A stretch of DNA of 64,000 nucleotides, taken from assembly GCA_000934665.2 (NCBI GenBank), contig KZ538284.1, positions 1 through 64,000 on the forward strand, written 5' to 3'. Shown one piece after another: positions 51,940 to 64,000 of this stretch. The first letter of the stretch is position 1; each line of letters begins with the position of its first letter. The translations under genes and the position numbers were made by a program. The notes under the pieces are model-generated. The model was not told the origin of the DNA. It worked only from the letters and a program-made list of their open reading frames with translations, and did not search any database. The DNA is from Catajapyx aquilonaris (taxonomy: Eukaryota).

Positions 51940-54552
51940 TTACTGCTTGAGCCAACTCGGTGTGATGGTGTAGAAGTTCCACCTCTGGAAGGAGTTGTTA
52001 GCATCACAATCAAGCAGCTTGAGCTTATTTGCATTGGGCATGACAGCCAGGCACCTCCCCTGGGGCTTGTGGTGCATGAGTCCTGTCTCCTTCTCGTAGA
52101 CCCAAGGCCCATCCACTGCCCCTAGGCGGCAGAAGACCAGCCTGACTCCTTGGCGATCCCCGTCAACACAACGCTCTCCTATTCCTAGTTGGCCCTTGGC
52201 ATTCAGGCGCACTAGCTGATTGCTCCCGAAGCCATGGCAGAAAGCAATGCCCATCTCCGTCGGAGCAGGCTGGCCCATGGTGTCCAAGCATTGCTTAGTA
52301 GCCAGGTTTTTCATCTGATAAATGACAAACCGTAAGTTACTGTAATTTAACTGAACTGATAGACAAACATCGTTATATTTAGAACCAATTTAGAATGAAA
52401 TTAAATATTCAATGTTCTGCAAAAGTTGTCTTCAACTCACATTTCAATTCTCCTGGCTTCAAGTACGCAGTCTAATTCTAAATCGATTCCACACTCATCA
52501 ATGCAACAATGAAAGGAGGATTGTGGACTCACCTCTCCCCAGTACAAGTTAGGCGGCAGCTCAGGATACTTCTCGACCATGTCGTAGGCAACATTTTGCA
52601 TGTACCATTCAAAATTCTTGCATCCCAAACGCTTCTTCATTGCTAACTGTTCGGAGATGTCACCCATGTCCAAGAACCGTGCAAGTGGCTCTCTCGTATA
52701 AAAATACTCCTTGTACTTGTCATCGAACCAAACTTCGATCACCCTCTTGTAATTCTGAAAGTAGTACGTGAATGAGCATCTTAATGAACACGCTTATTTT
52801 TAGTCACATCCATTGCTCGACTTACATTGGTGATGATGGGTCCCTTCTTCTTCTCAGCCAGCTTCCCAAAGTTATAAGGCATAAACCCTCTGTACACATG
52901 TCCAACCCTAGAACAGGGCACCCACTGGATGGCACCCCCACATTGCCAGATCTTAAAAGACAACTCAAAATTCTCCCCTCCCCACACTAGCAGCCCGGGA
53001 TCGTATGCCCCAATTGAGAGGAAGTATTCACGGTTGATGGCAAACAGACCACCCGCATGTGTGGGTGAGTAGTATGGCTCCGAGCGGTACTTCCTTCTGT
53101 TGGTTTCCTGCCGAGGCAACTCTGTCTCCTTGTATAGCATCCCCCATTCAAATATGCCTCGGAAGTCTTGTTGACCCTGGTACACAGGGCGGTACTCAAA
53201 AGTGGTGTGATCTACACCGTCTATCACTGGGACCGTCATGGTGGTGCGGCTGGCCCTGATGGGAGCCAGCAAAGGGGGAAGCCAGTTACGGTTGACCTCA
53301 CAGTGGGCGTCCAGGAAGAGGACCACCTCTCCACGTGCCACTGTCGCACCGAATGTCCGGGAACGAATCAAACCCTCCCGCTCCTTATTTCGGACCAAGC
53401 GGACCTTTCCTCTGAATCGGCGGATGTAGTCCTCAAGACGACCCTTCAGATGATCTGAGAGATTAAAATTTATGATCACTGTCGAGATTTAGTGTTCACT
53501 TCTAGTTTAATTCAATACTTTTACAATACGAATAATCTTTCACACATGCTATATTGTCACTAGTTAAAATTAAGTCAATCAACTCTGATAATAGATTTGT
53601 CCTCGCTTTCTACCTCAAATAGCAGATGAATCGTGAACCAATGTTTCATATGCACAACATCTCACCTTTGTCACTGTAGTCATCGACAAGCAGCACTTCC
53701 TCCAGGAACTGCGGAGGACTCCTGTTAATGACGGTATGCACAGTCCTAAGAAGCGTGGACCATCCCTCATTATGAAACACAACGACCACACTAGTCTTTG
53801 GGAGGTCGTCTATGTAGTTCCAATGGGGACACTCTGGATGCCTGGTGTCCGGTATGCTCCTGTCCATAGATATCTCATCAGAACACACCATGTTCATTCC
53901 AAACTCAGTCTGCGATTGGGACACCAGGTTCTGCTGCTCAGGCTTTGTGTAATGAGGCTTCCCTTGCTCTCCAGGCTCGTTTTTAGGCGTCTCAGGAAGA
54001 GGCTCAAAATTCCCTCGCACACCAGCGCTAAACCACGCTATCTGCCCCGTCTGTAAAAGTTAGGACCTGGTTTCACCAAGCTCGGTATATCATAAAACCA
54101 GGTTTCTTTCGGATGGATTTTCCAAAAGAAACCTGGGTGTTATCATACACCGAGCGCGGTGAAACTGCTTAGTAGCCTACGAAGGGTGAACAATATTAGA
54201 TAAATTCTCTACGTACTGTGCACGTTTGATGGTTTTAAAAGCCTCATAAAATGATTATGGCCGAATAAAAATGACATTGGTACTAAAAAGTAGTGCGATT
54301 GCCATATGTTCCATTTTGATCTTTGACGTACGATCTGTCACTTTTTGTGTTCTGCCTCACCCTCTTAGGCGGCCTCTTGACTTTCACTCCGTCTACAGCC
54401 GCCTTGTTGGTGTCCCTCAGATGCTCCGCCAGCAGCTCATCCTCTCCTCCGCCTCCCATCATGGACCAGAGGAAGTGCAGCACCAAGAGTACAGCCAGGG
54501 CAATCAGGGTCAGCTTCAGCATTCGACTCCTCCTCATCTGAACCACCTTCAT
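51940..54552 (-). CDS. GALNT7: Polypeptide N-acetylgalactosaminyltransferase 7 (pgant7-like)
   Basis: Approx. exons 54552-54361, 54050-53666, ~53453-52826, ~52753-52533, 52314-51940; type II TM anchor, SVVVVFHNEGWSTLLRTVH, FLDAHCEV, SPTHAGGLFAI, WGGENFELSFKIWQCGG, ricin lectin C-term. Confidence 0.93.
54070..54165. mobile_element. ~96-bp hairpin/MITE in GALNT7 intron 1
   Basis: GTTTCACCAAGCTCGGTATATCATAAAACCAGGTTTCTTT vs AAAGAAACCTGGGTGTTATCATACACCGAGCGCGGTGAAAC. Confidence 0.6.
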
Positions 54553-55396
54553 CTTATTGTTGCTGGTGGGGCCGTGAGTCAGTCAGTCGATGACCCCCCC
54601 TGATCCTCGTGTGGGAAGAAGAAGAGAGTCGCGGTGGTAGGTGTGAAAGGGGAGGAAAAAGGAGGACACACACAACACGTCAAGGTGTGCTCATAAGCAC
54701 AGGTGCATCTTTTTGCCGACGTGCAGCTGAAGCCACGTTGCCATGTCGCATTGCCGGCGGGTCTGAACGATTCAGAAATGTACAGGCCGATCACTCTCGG
54801 GTCTGAATTTGTCTCTTGATGTTAATTTATTAATTGCGGATTATTTAAAATAGGGTTGTGATCTTTAAGAAGTGTGGCAACGCTGCGTGGAACATGGCGC
54901 GATTTTTTGAACTGCACATTTTTGTCGGTCAGCAGATTGCCAAGGACAACAAAATATAAAAATATATAAAAAAATGGAATACTTTTTACAGAAATTGATT
55001 AGGTGCAATTAGGTATACAGTACAGAATTTGTATACCGGTAATGAAATTACCTCCATTACAATATAAAGAGGTTTCATACAAATTACACGCAGTAAAATG
55101 TGCGTATGATCACTCACCGATCAGGAAGCAAGTGAGGCATATCTGTACAATGCACTGGACAGTATCGGAGAGGACCATTGTAGCACTAAAGCACGAGAGA
55201 GCGTTTACAATAATGCATGGGTGATGTGTACGTAGTCCGAATAAGCCGAAGTTGGCAATTCTGGCATTATTGTCGACTGAAACCATAGAAACATAGGCGG
55301 TTGGTGCTATTGGTCTGTGAATATAAACTCCCTGTTGGAATAAAAACTTTTATCAAATGGGACTCACACCAGAGGGATGGAGATTATAGATTCACC

Positions 55397-58347
55397 ATGT
55401 GCGCAAACTTCCATTCAAGTAAGAGCAGACCTGCAATACTTTTAGTGACACTGTTATAAGAGGTTAAAATTTACAAAATGGGCATCGTGTAAAATGTTCA
55501 CTTGTTCTTTGTAATATTAAATATGGCATTTGCTCTTCACTAATAATTCTCGTTGTGTGGTACCTCCCCTGATACCAAAAGAGTATCGTGTGCTTGGCCG
55601 GATCGGAGAGGGTTCTTTTTCAGAGGTGCTTAAAGTACAACAGCGCACCACGGGATCCTTCCTGGCCGCCAAGCGTCTGAAGATGACTTACGAGAACCGG
55701 AAGCATGTTGATGAAATACCTGAGGTGATGGCATTTAAGCAAGTGGGACATCACGCGAACATCTTACATATGTTGGACTTGCACTAGTGAGTTACTCTTT
55801 TCGTGTGGTGATGGCGGGAGGGGGGTCACATTTCCTGTGCAAACGGAAAACCCAATAACCAACTGGGATTCTCATGAACGTGTGTCTTCTTTCTCTGCAT
55901 GGCCGAGTCTTTCTTCTCTGAAACGGTGATTTGACTTCCATTTGTTTAACTGTTCAATTCTGCTGATTCTAGCTTAACATAAAACACATAAAACAGTTTA
56001 ACATGCCATGAATCATGTTTGGTCCATCGTATTCATGACAATGCTTTGGTGCAAATCATGACACAATTATTGCGTTGAAAATAGCGAATGTAGCACCTGA
56101 GTCCAAGTAACAAAAGTATGAGCAAAGGACAACAACTATCGCAGCAAAACATTTTAGCGACTGTGTTTTCCCTTTGCACGGGAGACTCGTGTTGGCATCT
56201 TATGTGACCATTAGCATTTCCATAGTGAGCCGCTCTCTGGAAAGGTGTCATTAATATTTGAACTCATGGAACGGAACTTATACGATCTCATCAAGGCAAG
56301 AAGAAAGTGAGTCTTCACTTTTGTGTCCTGTTGCATTTTTAAAAATCCCTCTTCTCACATTTATCTAGAATAACAGTAGGCCAAGATCCCTCAAGGAGAT
56401 ACTTTCCCGAAAAAAGAGTGGCGTCCATAACATTCCAGTTGCTGAAGGCACTAGACCACTTGCATAAATGCGGACTGTTCCATCGAGATGTGAAACCAGA
56501 GAACATCCTTGTAAAGGTGAGCAGGTTTTCTTCCCACTCGGAACTTTTAGCCATAGAGTCTTGGCATCTTGAATGAGCGTACTTTCCAGAAAGACGTGAT
56601 CAAGCTGGGTGACTTGGGCTCAGTACGTGGCGTGATGAGCAAGCCGCCATACACCGAGTACATCTCTACTCGATGGTACCGTTCGCCTGAATGCCTACTC
56701 ACATCGGGTAATTACACCTCTAAAATGGACATCTGGGCAACAGGATGCGTGCTCTTTGAGATCCTCGCGTGAGTGCCATTTTTTTCAACCTCTCCTAAAT
56801 ATTTCATAAGACGTCTTGTACTGTAGAGGTGGACAATACATTATCTCCAAAATGTACTGCCTCTAACACTGCGAGCAATGTTTGAGGGCAGCAAGGGACT
56901 AAAATAGAGGCTTATTTCATCCTGCACATGAATGAACACGGTTAACATGAATTTTTACAACATGCTCTAACACCATGTGAGATGCACTGAACTTTAAAGT
57001 GGACTTTGTAACACCGCTTGCACAACTTCAGGATGAAGCCATTGTTTCCGGGAAGCTGCGAGGTGGACACAATCAACAGGATCCACAAAGTTTTCGGAAC
57101 GCCCAGCTCTCGACTAATGGCCAGGATGAGCAAATGGTCAGTTGGAACCGTATTCACTCCAGTGAATCCCTAAGTATACAGTGTGTTCCAGGTATTGGTG
57201 GGGCCCTTTCAGTTATCGCAAATTTCATCTGAAGCACAGATCTGCATTAATTTTCATAAAATTGTCATTGTGTTATCTGCTGCGGGAGGCATAAATAACA
57301 ATCCTCCCTTCTCATAATGTGTGTTAAGAATATTCTGTATTTTTGGTGTTGTGTTATCCGGGGGAAGGTAGTCGTGGACGCAATACGGACTGGACGCTAC
57401 CACAAAAGTCAGGCCAGGGCCTGCACCACCGCCTGTGTCACGTCTCGCCCCAATCCAAGGATCTCCTCCATCTCCTCCTGACCTACGACCCGGAAAGCCG
57501 TCCATCAGCGAGAAGAGCTTTGGGCCACCCCTTCCTGAAGGAGGCCCGACTCGAGTCCCAAAACAAGAATGGCCCCCTTGACTGGTCCACATCAGTTAAG
57601 AAAAAGGCAATACCGATTCTGCGGGGTGCGAACATGATCCAAACACAGGCGCTGGTTCCCTTCCACCCCGGAAAGCTGCCGCATGGAAAGGCGAAAATGC
57701 TGCCATTGAGAGCGCCAAGGGGATCAAATTCCATAGCAGTGGTTCACAACACAGTGGTAAAGCAGAGGTGAGGGAAGGATTCAGCATTAAAATTTACTTT
57801 TGCATCTGCTAATGTTCATATTTGGTCATACGAGCGAGTGGTTTAAACTTGTACGCTACCATCAACCTGTCATATAATGTCAAGTTGTAACCGCTATGAT
57901 TATTACTATTATTATGAACAGAAGTCCTCCTTTTGCTTCTCTCTCCTATCTCTCCCATGGCACTGCTATGTTTTTTAAATCCAATCTGTTCTTGTCCGCA
58001 GCATCCAACAAATTCCCATTCCCCCAGCACCTAGGAAGTGTCCAGAGTTAGGGGCAGGCCTTCCACCTATCCAAGGCAAATCTGGTCTCAAGTCGATGCC
58101 AAAGGCCAGGAAGATCAATCCCAAGCAAATACGGCTTCCGCCAATGCCCAACGAGACCAAGCTCCCAGTCAGGCTGCCCCAGAGGGGAGGCCCACAACAT
58201 GAGGAATCAAAGAGGCCCTCCCTGCCGTTACATCCGAACCTCAACAGGCGGGTGGGGATGTCACTCCCTCCAGCCCCACCTCCACCTCCTCCATCCTTAA
58301 CACTTCGGAAGATAGCCAAAGGTCCAAAAAACAAAAAGTATACATGA
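55397..58347 (+). CDS. MOK: MAPK/MAK/MRK overlapping kinase (RCK family)
   Basis: Approx. exons 55397-55418, 55582-55786, 56226-56307, 56396-56516, 56590-56768, 57032-57137, 57370-57767, 58002-58347; motifs IGEGSFSEVLK, FHRDVKPENIL, KLGDLGS, PPYTEYISTRWYRSPECLLT (TEY activation loop); Pro/basic C-tail. Confidence 0.9.
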
Positions 58348-58847
58348 AAGCAGGTTACGGTGGCCCCTACAAATAACCCCCCCATGTTCACATTGTCTTA
58401 CTGACAAACTTTAACCATGTTTTACATTACGCTACTTGATGTACATGGCTCGAGTAGAAAATATACGTGGGAGAATTTCTACCGTGTGCAAAACGTTCAT
58501 GAGAGTTCAGCTCACGAGGATTGTTTTTTTTTAGTGTGTTCCTGAAATCTATGTCAACTAACGACACTGATAATAATGATGCAAGAAAGCAGGCAGGGTT
58601 ATTCATGATTGGCACGTACCAAGATGAAACTGAACTAGCCCAACAGCCATACTGTGCAGCGCCACAGTTTGGCTACTACAGTAATTATTATTGTAGAAAA
58701 TATGACCAGAGCCTTCTGTATCCCGACAAGGTATCAGAGAAAGGAAAAGCATTCTGCAAATAATGTTTTAATTATTTATGAACAAAATGACATGAAATGA
58801 ATTGTTCTCTTCTCACCCAAAGATTCACTTTCGTATGGGGGATGTCC

Positions 58848-60879
58848 TCAACCTCTCTTAGGTGCTCCGTAAGCATCGGGCATTCTCTCTATAGTGTATC
58901 TGCAGAAAAAATAAATTGCTATTAGATTAAAGATATAAACTCAAAATTTTCATGTGAGCAAAACTTTTTTTTTTTTTTTTTGGTGAGACCAGAGTTAACT
59001 TTGATGAAGAATTGGGGAATTTGTGGAAATTGGGGCATTAGCATGTGTCACAAGAATATTCAACAGAAAAAAATATTTACTAACCTTCGATGCCACACAT
59101 ACATGATGGGTACCCCAGGAATCTTCCTGATGCGTCTCATCAGATCCTTGTCGCATGTTGCCACAATGTAGCACTTGTGCTAAAATTTACAGAGTAAGTT
59201 AAATGCAAGGTCTGGATGCAGCGTTTTCTTCCATGACAAACCTGGGTAATTCGTTGAACTATGCAGTCATCAGCGTAGGTGCCAGGGTGAGTGCAAGGCA
59301 GGCGCTCAAAACGAGGGTCCTTCACGATCTTCAGTGCAATTCGATACCGTCTCCCAAGCTTCTCAAGTTCAGCCATGACGCAGTCTGTGACATACGGAAT
59401 GCCTGCAGTAATGGAAATACATGAGATTGATAAACTGCGAGAAAATACAGCGATCATGTAAGCAAAATTCAGATGACTCATGCTTACACTTGGCATAAAG
59501 ACAGTCCATCATGGATTGCATCACATCCAACTTGTTCTTGATGGAGAAATTTATGAAGTTGGTATCCAGGATTATGTGGTATGGTGGTCCCAGCTGGGTG
59601 TTGTATTGAAAGAAGAGCGCAGAGGATGTCTGGGGACTGGACAAGCAACACTTAAATATTCAGTGCAACAGTATGTTGCACGGAACCGCACCATACGTTG
59701 AGGTAACTTATTCACAATAGTTCTGTCTTCATTAAACAAGATTATAACTCATGATCAATTGCAGGTCACAGGAGACTTGACATGTGTGGTTACCAATTCT
59801 TCCAAAAAAAATTTTTAGTATTTAGCTAAATGCGGTTGCTCACAGGCAGCCATTTGTAGCTATTAATTATAAACAAATATGTTGTAATATGCAGTAATGT
59901 ACGGAAAACGAGAGAACGATCTGACATCATCGTTCCTTCCAGTGTTGCTTTACTCATATTGTTAGCTGTGAGGTTAATTTCCATGGAAACTGCTGTGATG
60001 ATGTCAGATAGTTCTCTCATTTTCCGTACATTAGAGTCATACAGTGTTTTACATTAGGTTAGTATAGTCATCTATTTATTATTAGTTTATATTTGTATGC
60101 CGCATAATAATATTGATCATTTACTTACACTTCCCGCACTTTAATTTCCTGAGGATCCTCCTTCTTTTGCTTTCTGGGTTTCGCCCTCTCCGACTCCTTT
60201 CTGAAAACAGCAAGGATTCACTTCAATGTGCAAATAACATTGGTTAAACATAACAATAATACATTTTTTTAAACAACTTATCTCGCCAATTAATGAATCG
60301 CACACAAATTTTTGAGGGTACAGGCACAAAATAACATACCCAAAATGGTGCTGATAATGACCTGATGATGACCTACTCTTCAATATATTTAGCCAGAAAC
60401 AGCAATGTTCACCGCATATAATTTTCCGGTTGGAAATACTAATTGTGGCTTCTTTTTTTGGGGGGGGGAATGCGGCTCCATTCCGACCTTATCAAGCCAT
60501 TTCTTGCTTTATGTATTTATGCAACTTATGCAAAACATGCTCATGTCATATTTTCCATGTAGATTAATCAGTTTCCACGTAATAATTTGCAGGCTTAATT
60601 ATTCCCACTGCGATTCCCCCAGTCTTACATTCTCGGGTCGCTCTTGCTGATCATCTTCTTCATCTGGGCAAACCGCTGCATGGCCCCCTTCCGATCTGCC
60701 TTCACTTTGGGCTGAGCACAATTAAAATGCAAAGAAAATTTATAAAAAAGAGTAATTAGCAATGTAAAATCCTTAATTACACCACATGCAACCCTTTATA
60801 TTTTTTATGCAAATCTCCCACTTCCACCATCTACATTTTATTAATTACTAAGTATGTACCCCCGTTAATAGCGTACCAT
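58848..60879 (-). CDS. FCF1: rRNA-processing protein FCF1/Utp24 (PIN nuclease)
   Basis: ATG-only first coding exon at 60879-60877, then short exons; motifs [61 protein letters not shown] [33 protein letters not shown]. Confidence 0.96.
59902..60026. mobile_element. TA-flanked MITE in a FCF1 intron
   Basis: TA-CGGAAAACGAGAGAACGATCTGACATCATC...GATGATGTCAGATAGTTCTCTCATTTTCCG-TA. Confidence 0.75.
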
Positions 60880-61477
60880 TTTTAACACCCTTCCTGAGAC
60901 GATATCGCAGCAAAAATCAGGATTTAATTAGAACGAATTATTAAGAACACGTTGCGGTCGCCATTAACAAAGCCAAGGTGTCCAGATGCAACTGGTAGAA
61001 AACCATTTACTCCTATTATTTAAACACCCAACATTAAAAGTTATAACTATCATATAATTTAAGTACGTTACAACACTGTGCTACTTGTTTAAAATTGCAA
61101 AATTATAAATTATTGCACAGTAGCTATTATACGTCTAACAGTTGTGTTATTTCAAAAGGTAACAATTGGCTGACTCATCTAAGGAGCCAGATTTGGACCA
61201 ATCACAAAGAAGCTCATTGTGCACAATGTGATAGTGTAAAGGCTGTTTTCGTTTTAGCTTAAAAGTGGGCAGATGGCGCGTGATTCGCATTTTTCGGAAT
61301 AATCTTGCACGTCTCTGGTTCTGAAGAGTACACGTGCATTAAAAACGTGCTTCAGATTATTTATTTATTTAAATTATTCAGAAAGTGGCTTTCGAAATTA
61401 CCTTCAGGTAAGTTTGACCGCATAATTTTTGTGCATTTAACAGGCCATTACAACGAGTAATTTGTTGCAGTGCAGAT

Positions 61478-63912
61478 ATGGATGGAGACGCTGCAGCTGA
61501 CGAGGGAGACTTGGTTCTTCTGTCGGAGCTTCTTTATGGATGGAGGGTGCTGCAGGTGCTGGGCAGGCAGGTGGATCAGCTTGACCAGCAGGAACGGCCG
61601 GCCCCGTGGATGAGGCTGCTGAACCAGATGGTGTCCAGCAGATCTTGCAGGGAGAGGCTGAGAGAGGAACAGACCGATGCGGGGGACATGTCTCACAGGA
61701 TACTCGGCATGTGCATGTCTTTCCTTGGGACCGAGGAGGAGCCGGAGCTGCAGGAGCTGGGCTGCCAGCTGGCCGCAAACGCACTTGCAGCACTGATGCC
61801 CGTGACGCAACCCTCGGCATGGGAGGAGGACGCTGGGTTTGCGCTCAACGTGTGTGTTTCCGTGCTGGACGGAACCGATCCGAGGCTGCCGCCTGTGGTG
61901 GCTCTGACTGCGCTACAGCACCTGATGACGGCTCTTGCTCCGTTGCTGGGAGAAGTCTCAAGCACGCTCAAGGACCGGCTAGGGAAGATTGGTCAGTCCG
62001 TCTGTCATCATGGGACGGCAGTACAAATTTAGGAGAAATATTTGAACATAATGAAGTTAATTGGTCGTTAAGAGTTGATGAATAAATAAAAGCCAGGCAA
62101 TGACAAGATGATCCCATAAGAGGCATGTCATGGGTATCTAATTATTGTCAGTATAAATTACTAATTGCTCGTTAACAACTTAAAGGAGCTCATAATCTTA
62201 ATTAATTTTACCTTGGGATATCAGAATGTACTGTATTTGACAGCATATAACTTAAAGGAGCTCATAATATCTATTTTATTTAACCCTTAGTTCATATTGT
62301 TCAAGATGTACCGTATTTGACGGCATATAATTTAATAGATCATATTCAGGAAAAAAGTGTATATTCGCACATAAGACGCAGCACGTTTTTTGGAGCAATT
62401 TTTTGGAGGGAAAAGTGTGTCAAATACGGTAGGTAATTTTTCTGTAACAATTTGTCTGTCGTAATGTGCACAATGACACTTATTTTCATCGAAACTGCGT
62501 TTGTTTTCTGAAATAAGCTCTAACAAGTAATCTTCCTTCGTACAGGCCAGCATTTCGCAACCCTGGTTCAGAAGTGCGAGGATGAGGACATGGTCAATCG
62601 TGCCCTTTTGCACTGCTTCCCGGCCTGGGCCAAGTTATTTCCTGCGTTAGTGGATGCGACGCTTGGGAAGATTGTCAACAAAGCTTTAGAAAAAGATGCG
62701 GCTCATGTCCTGTGCGCACTGGCCGAGTACCTCTTTCCAGCCGCCAAACCGTCTCAGGTGACACGCCAGCTTTTGGAGTCTGAATCCTTCTGGAAGCTAG
62801 TGCAGGAAGGGTGCTGCAGCCAAGATTCGTGTCAGAGGAAGAGAGCACAGTTCCTTCTGAAGCGAGCAGTGGACAGCTGCAAATCCGGAAAGATTCGTGT
62901 CACGTGCACGGCTTTCCGGTGGGACCCATCAGCTGCAGCTATTGAAGAGTGGACAAATATACTGGGTATTCTACAGGTAATCACCGCAATTAAAGTACTG
63001 ACTGCCGTAGTGTAATTATTAAGGAAATTGTCAGTTACGGTTGACTCAATCCTATACAAATTACTCTGTGTAATTGGTAGGATCAATTAAAAATTCCTCA
63101 GCACTACAGGAGTATCATTACGTAGCAATTACAGTAATTAAGCATAATGAGACTCTCGTGTGAATATGTCCAATAATTTTGCTTAATTTCGCAGGTTTTG
63201 GAGGAAAAGCAAGTGCACGTGATCAAGCCTGTACTGGGCAAATTAAATGCCGTGCTGGAGGCAGCCACGTCTGAACGACTGGACCTATCCTGGTACTTTC
63301 TACTACTGGGACGTACTTTCATTCACGAGAGTGGATTCATAGTCCGCTGGGGTGTGGTTCAGTTTTTGTCTGGATCGTGGTGTAAATGTGACGCAGTTGA
63401 AAGCTTCATCATGGGTCCGCTGTTGCAAACACTGAGCCAGCCAATGCTGTACAGTGACGATCAGGTCATTGACGCCTTGCTATCCTTTTTCGAGAGGATA
63501 TGGGACGGAAAGCAAGAATGGGCGGCGCAATTTTTGCCTCAGTTTCTGGATGCCGTGAGCGGAACACCTCGTGACCCACTTGCCCTGTTTTATATCGTCA
63601 AAGCATTGAACCGTGTCCCTTCTGTCCAGTGCAGTTCTGGAATTTTGAGGGCATTGAAAGAGACATTGTCGACATCGGTTCAGACTCGAAGCGGACTTCT
63701 GCGACTGGCCCTTCATCGTATTCTGGTGTTGGAGCTGCCTGTCCGGTTCTTGGATATGTCCAGCGTGGATCTGGATGAAATGGCCTCGCTACTCGGATGC
63801 TGCTCCTCCAGTCCCAGAGCCAACGTCAAAGCATGGAACAACATGTCTGGCTGGTTGAAGAATGCTGTCACATCAGATGCCGCTGCGGAATTTGTCTCTC
63901 TTCATTTCAATG
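61478..63912 (+). CDS. TARBP1: Probable tRNA (guanosine-18 2'-O)-methyltransferase TARBP1/Trm3, N-terminal part (gene continues beyond the window)
   Basis: Exons ~61478-61991, ~62546-62976, ~63195-63912; motifs FWKLVQEGCCSQDSCQRKRAQFLLKRAV and LEEKQVHVIKPVLGKL resemble the TARBP1 helical N-terminal region; the SpoU domain is not in the window. Confidence 0.75.
62311..62429. mobile_element. pogo/Tc1-mariner-like MITE; related degenerate copy at ~17390-17526
   Basis: TA-CCGTATTTGAC...GTCAAATACGG-TA; shared GCACATAAGACGCA core with 17417-17430; left end is part of a local ~75-bp tandem duplication (62179-62330). Confidence 0.65.
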
Positions 63913-64000
63913 GGTATTGTATTATCATAATATTGTGTTACGTATGACTGTTGCTGAATCTACTTCACAGAAATTCCAATCGAGTGGATGTCCATTCAGC

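Overview
Gene-dense eukaryotic (animal) genomic DNA with GT-AG spliceosomal introns, many only 50-90 nt long. It is most likely an arthropod, judging by the TBP N-terminus [31 protein letters not shown] can read 12 recognisable protein genes in mostly alternating orientation: TBP(+), ERLEC1(-), cytosolic MDH1(+), HECTD1/Ufd4(-), RSPH9(+), UBR7(-), IQCG/DRC9(+), a PPC/DUF296 protein(+), GALNT7/pgant7(-), MOK kinase(+), FCF1(-) and TARBP1(+, runs off the window). There is also a candidate orphan small-protein gene (-) and about a dozen non-autonomous DNA-transposon (MITE/foldback) insertions. The strongest hidden signals are: (1) the MDH1 stop sits in the leaky TGA-CTAG context and is followed by a short extension ending in PTS1-like -GKL, suggesting a readthrough-derived peroxisomal isoform; (2) three paralogous H/ACA-type snoRNA candidates lie in three consecutive HECTD1 introns, one split by a MITE; (3) an unrecognised 104-aa MGC-initiated (myristoylation/palmitoylation-type) ORF has a splice acceptor and a strong Kozak context; (4) three ciliary genes are each paired head-to-head with a housekeeping gene and carry X-box/forkhead-like motifs. 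Exon boundaries were read by eye and gene identities come from remembered family motifs; no searches were run.
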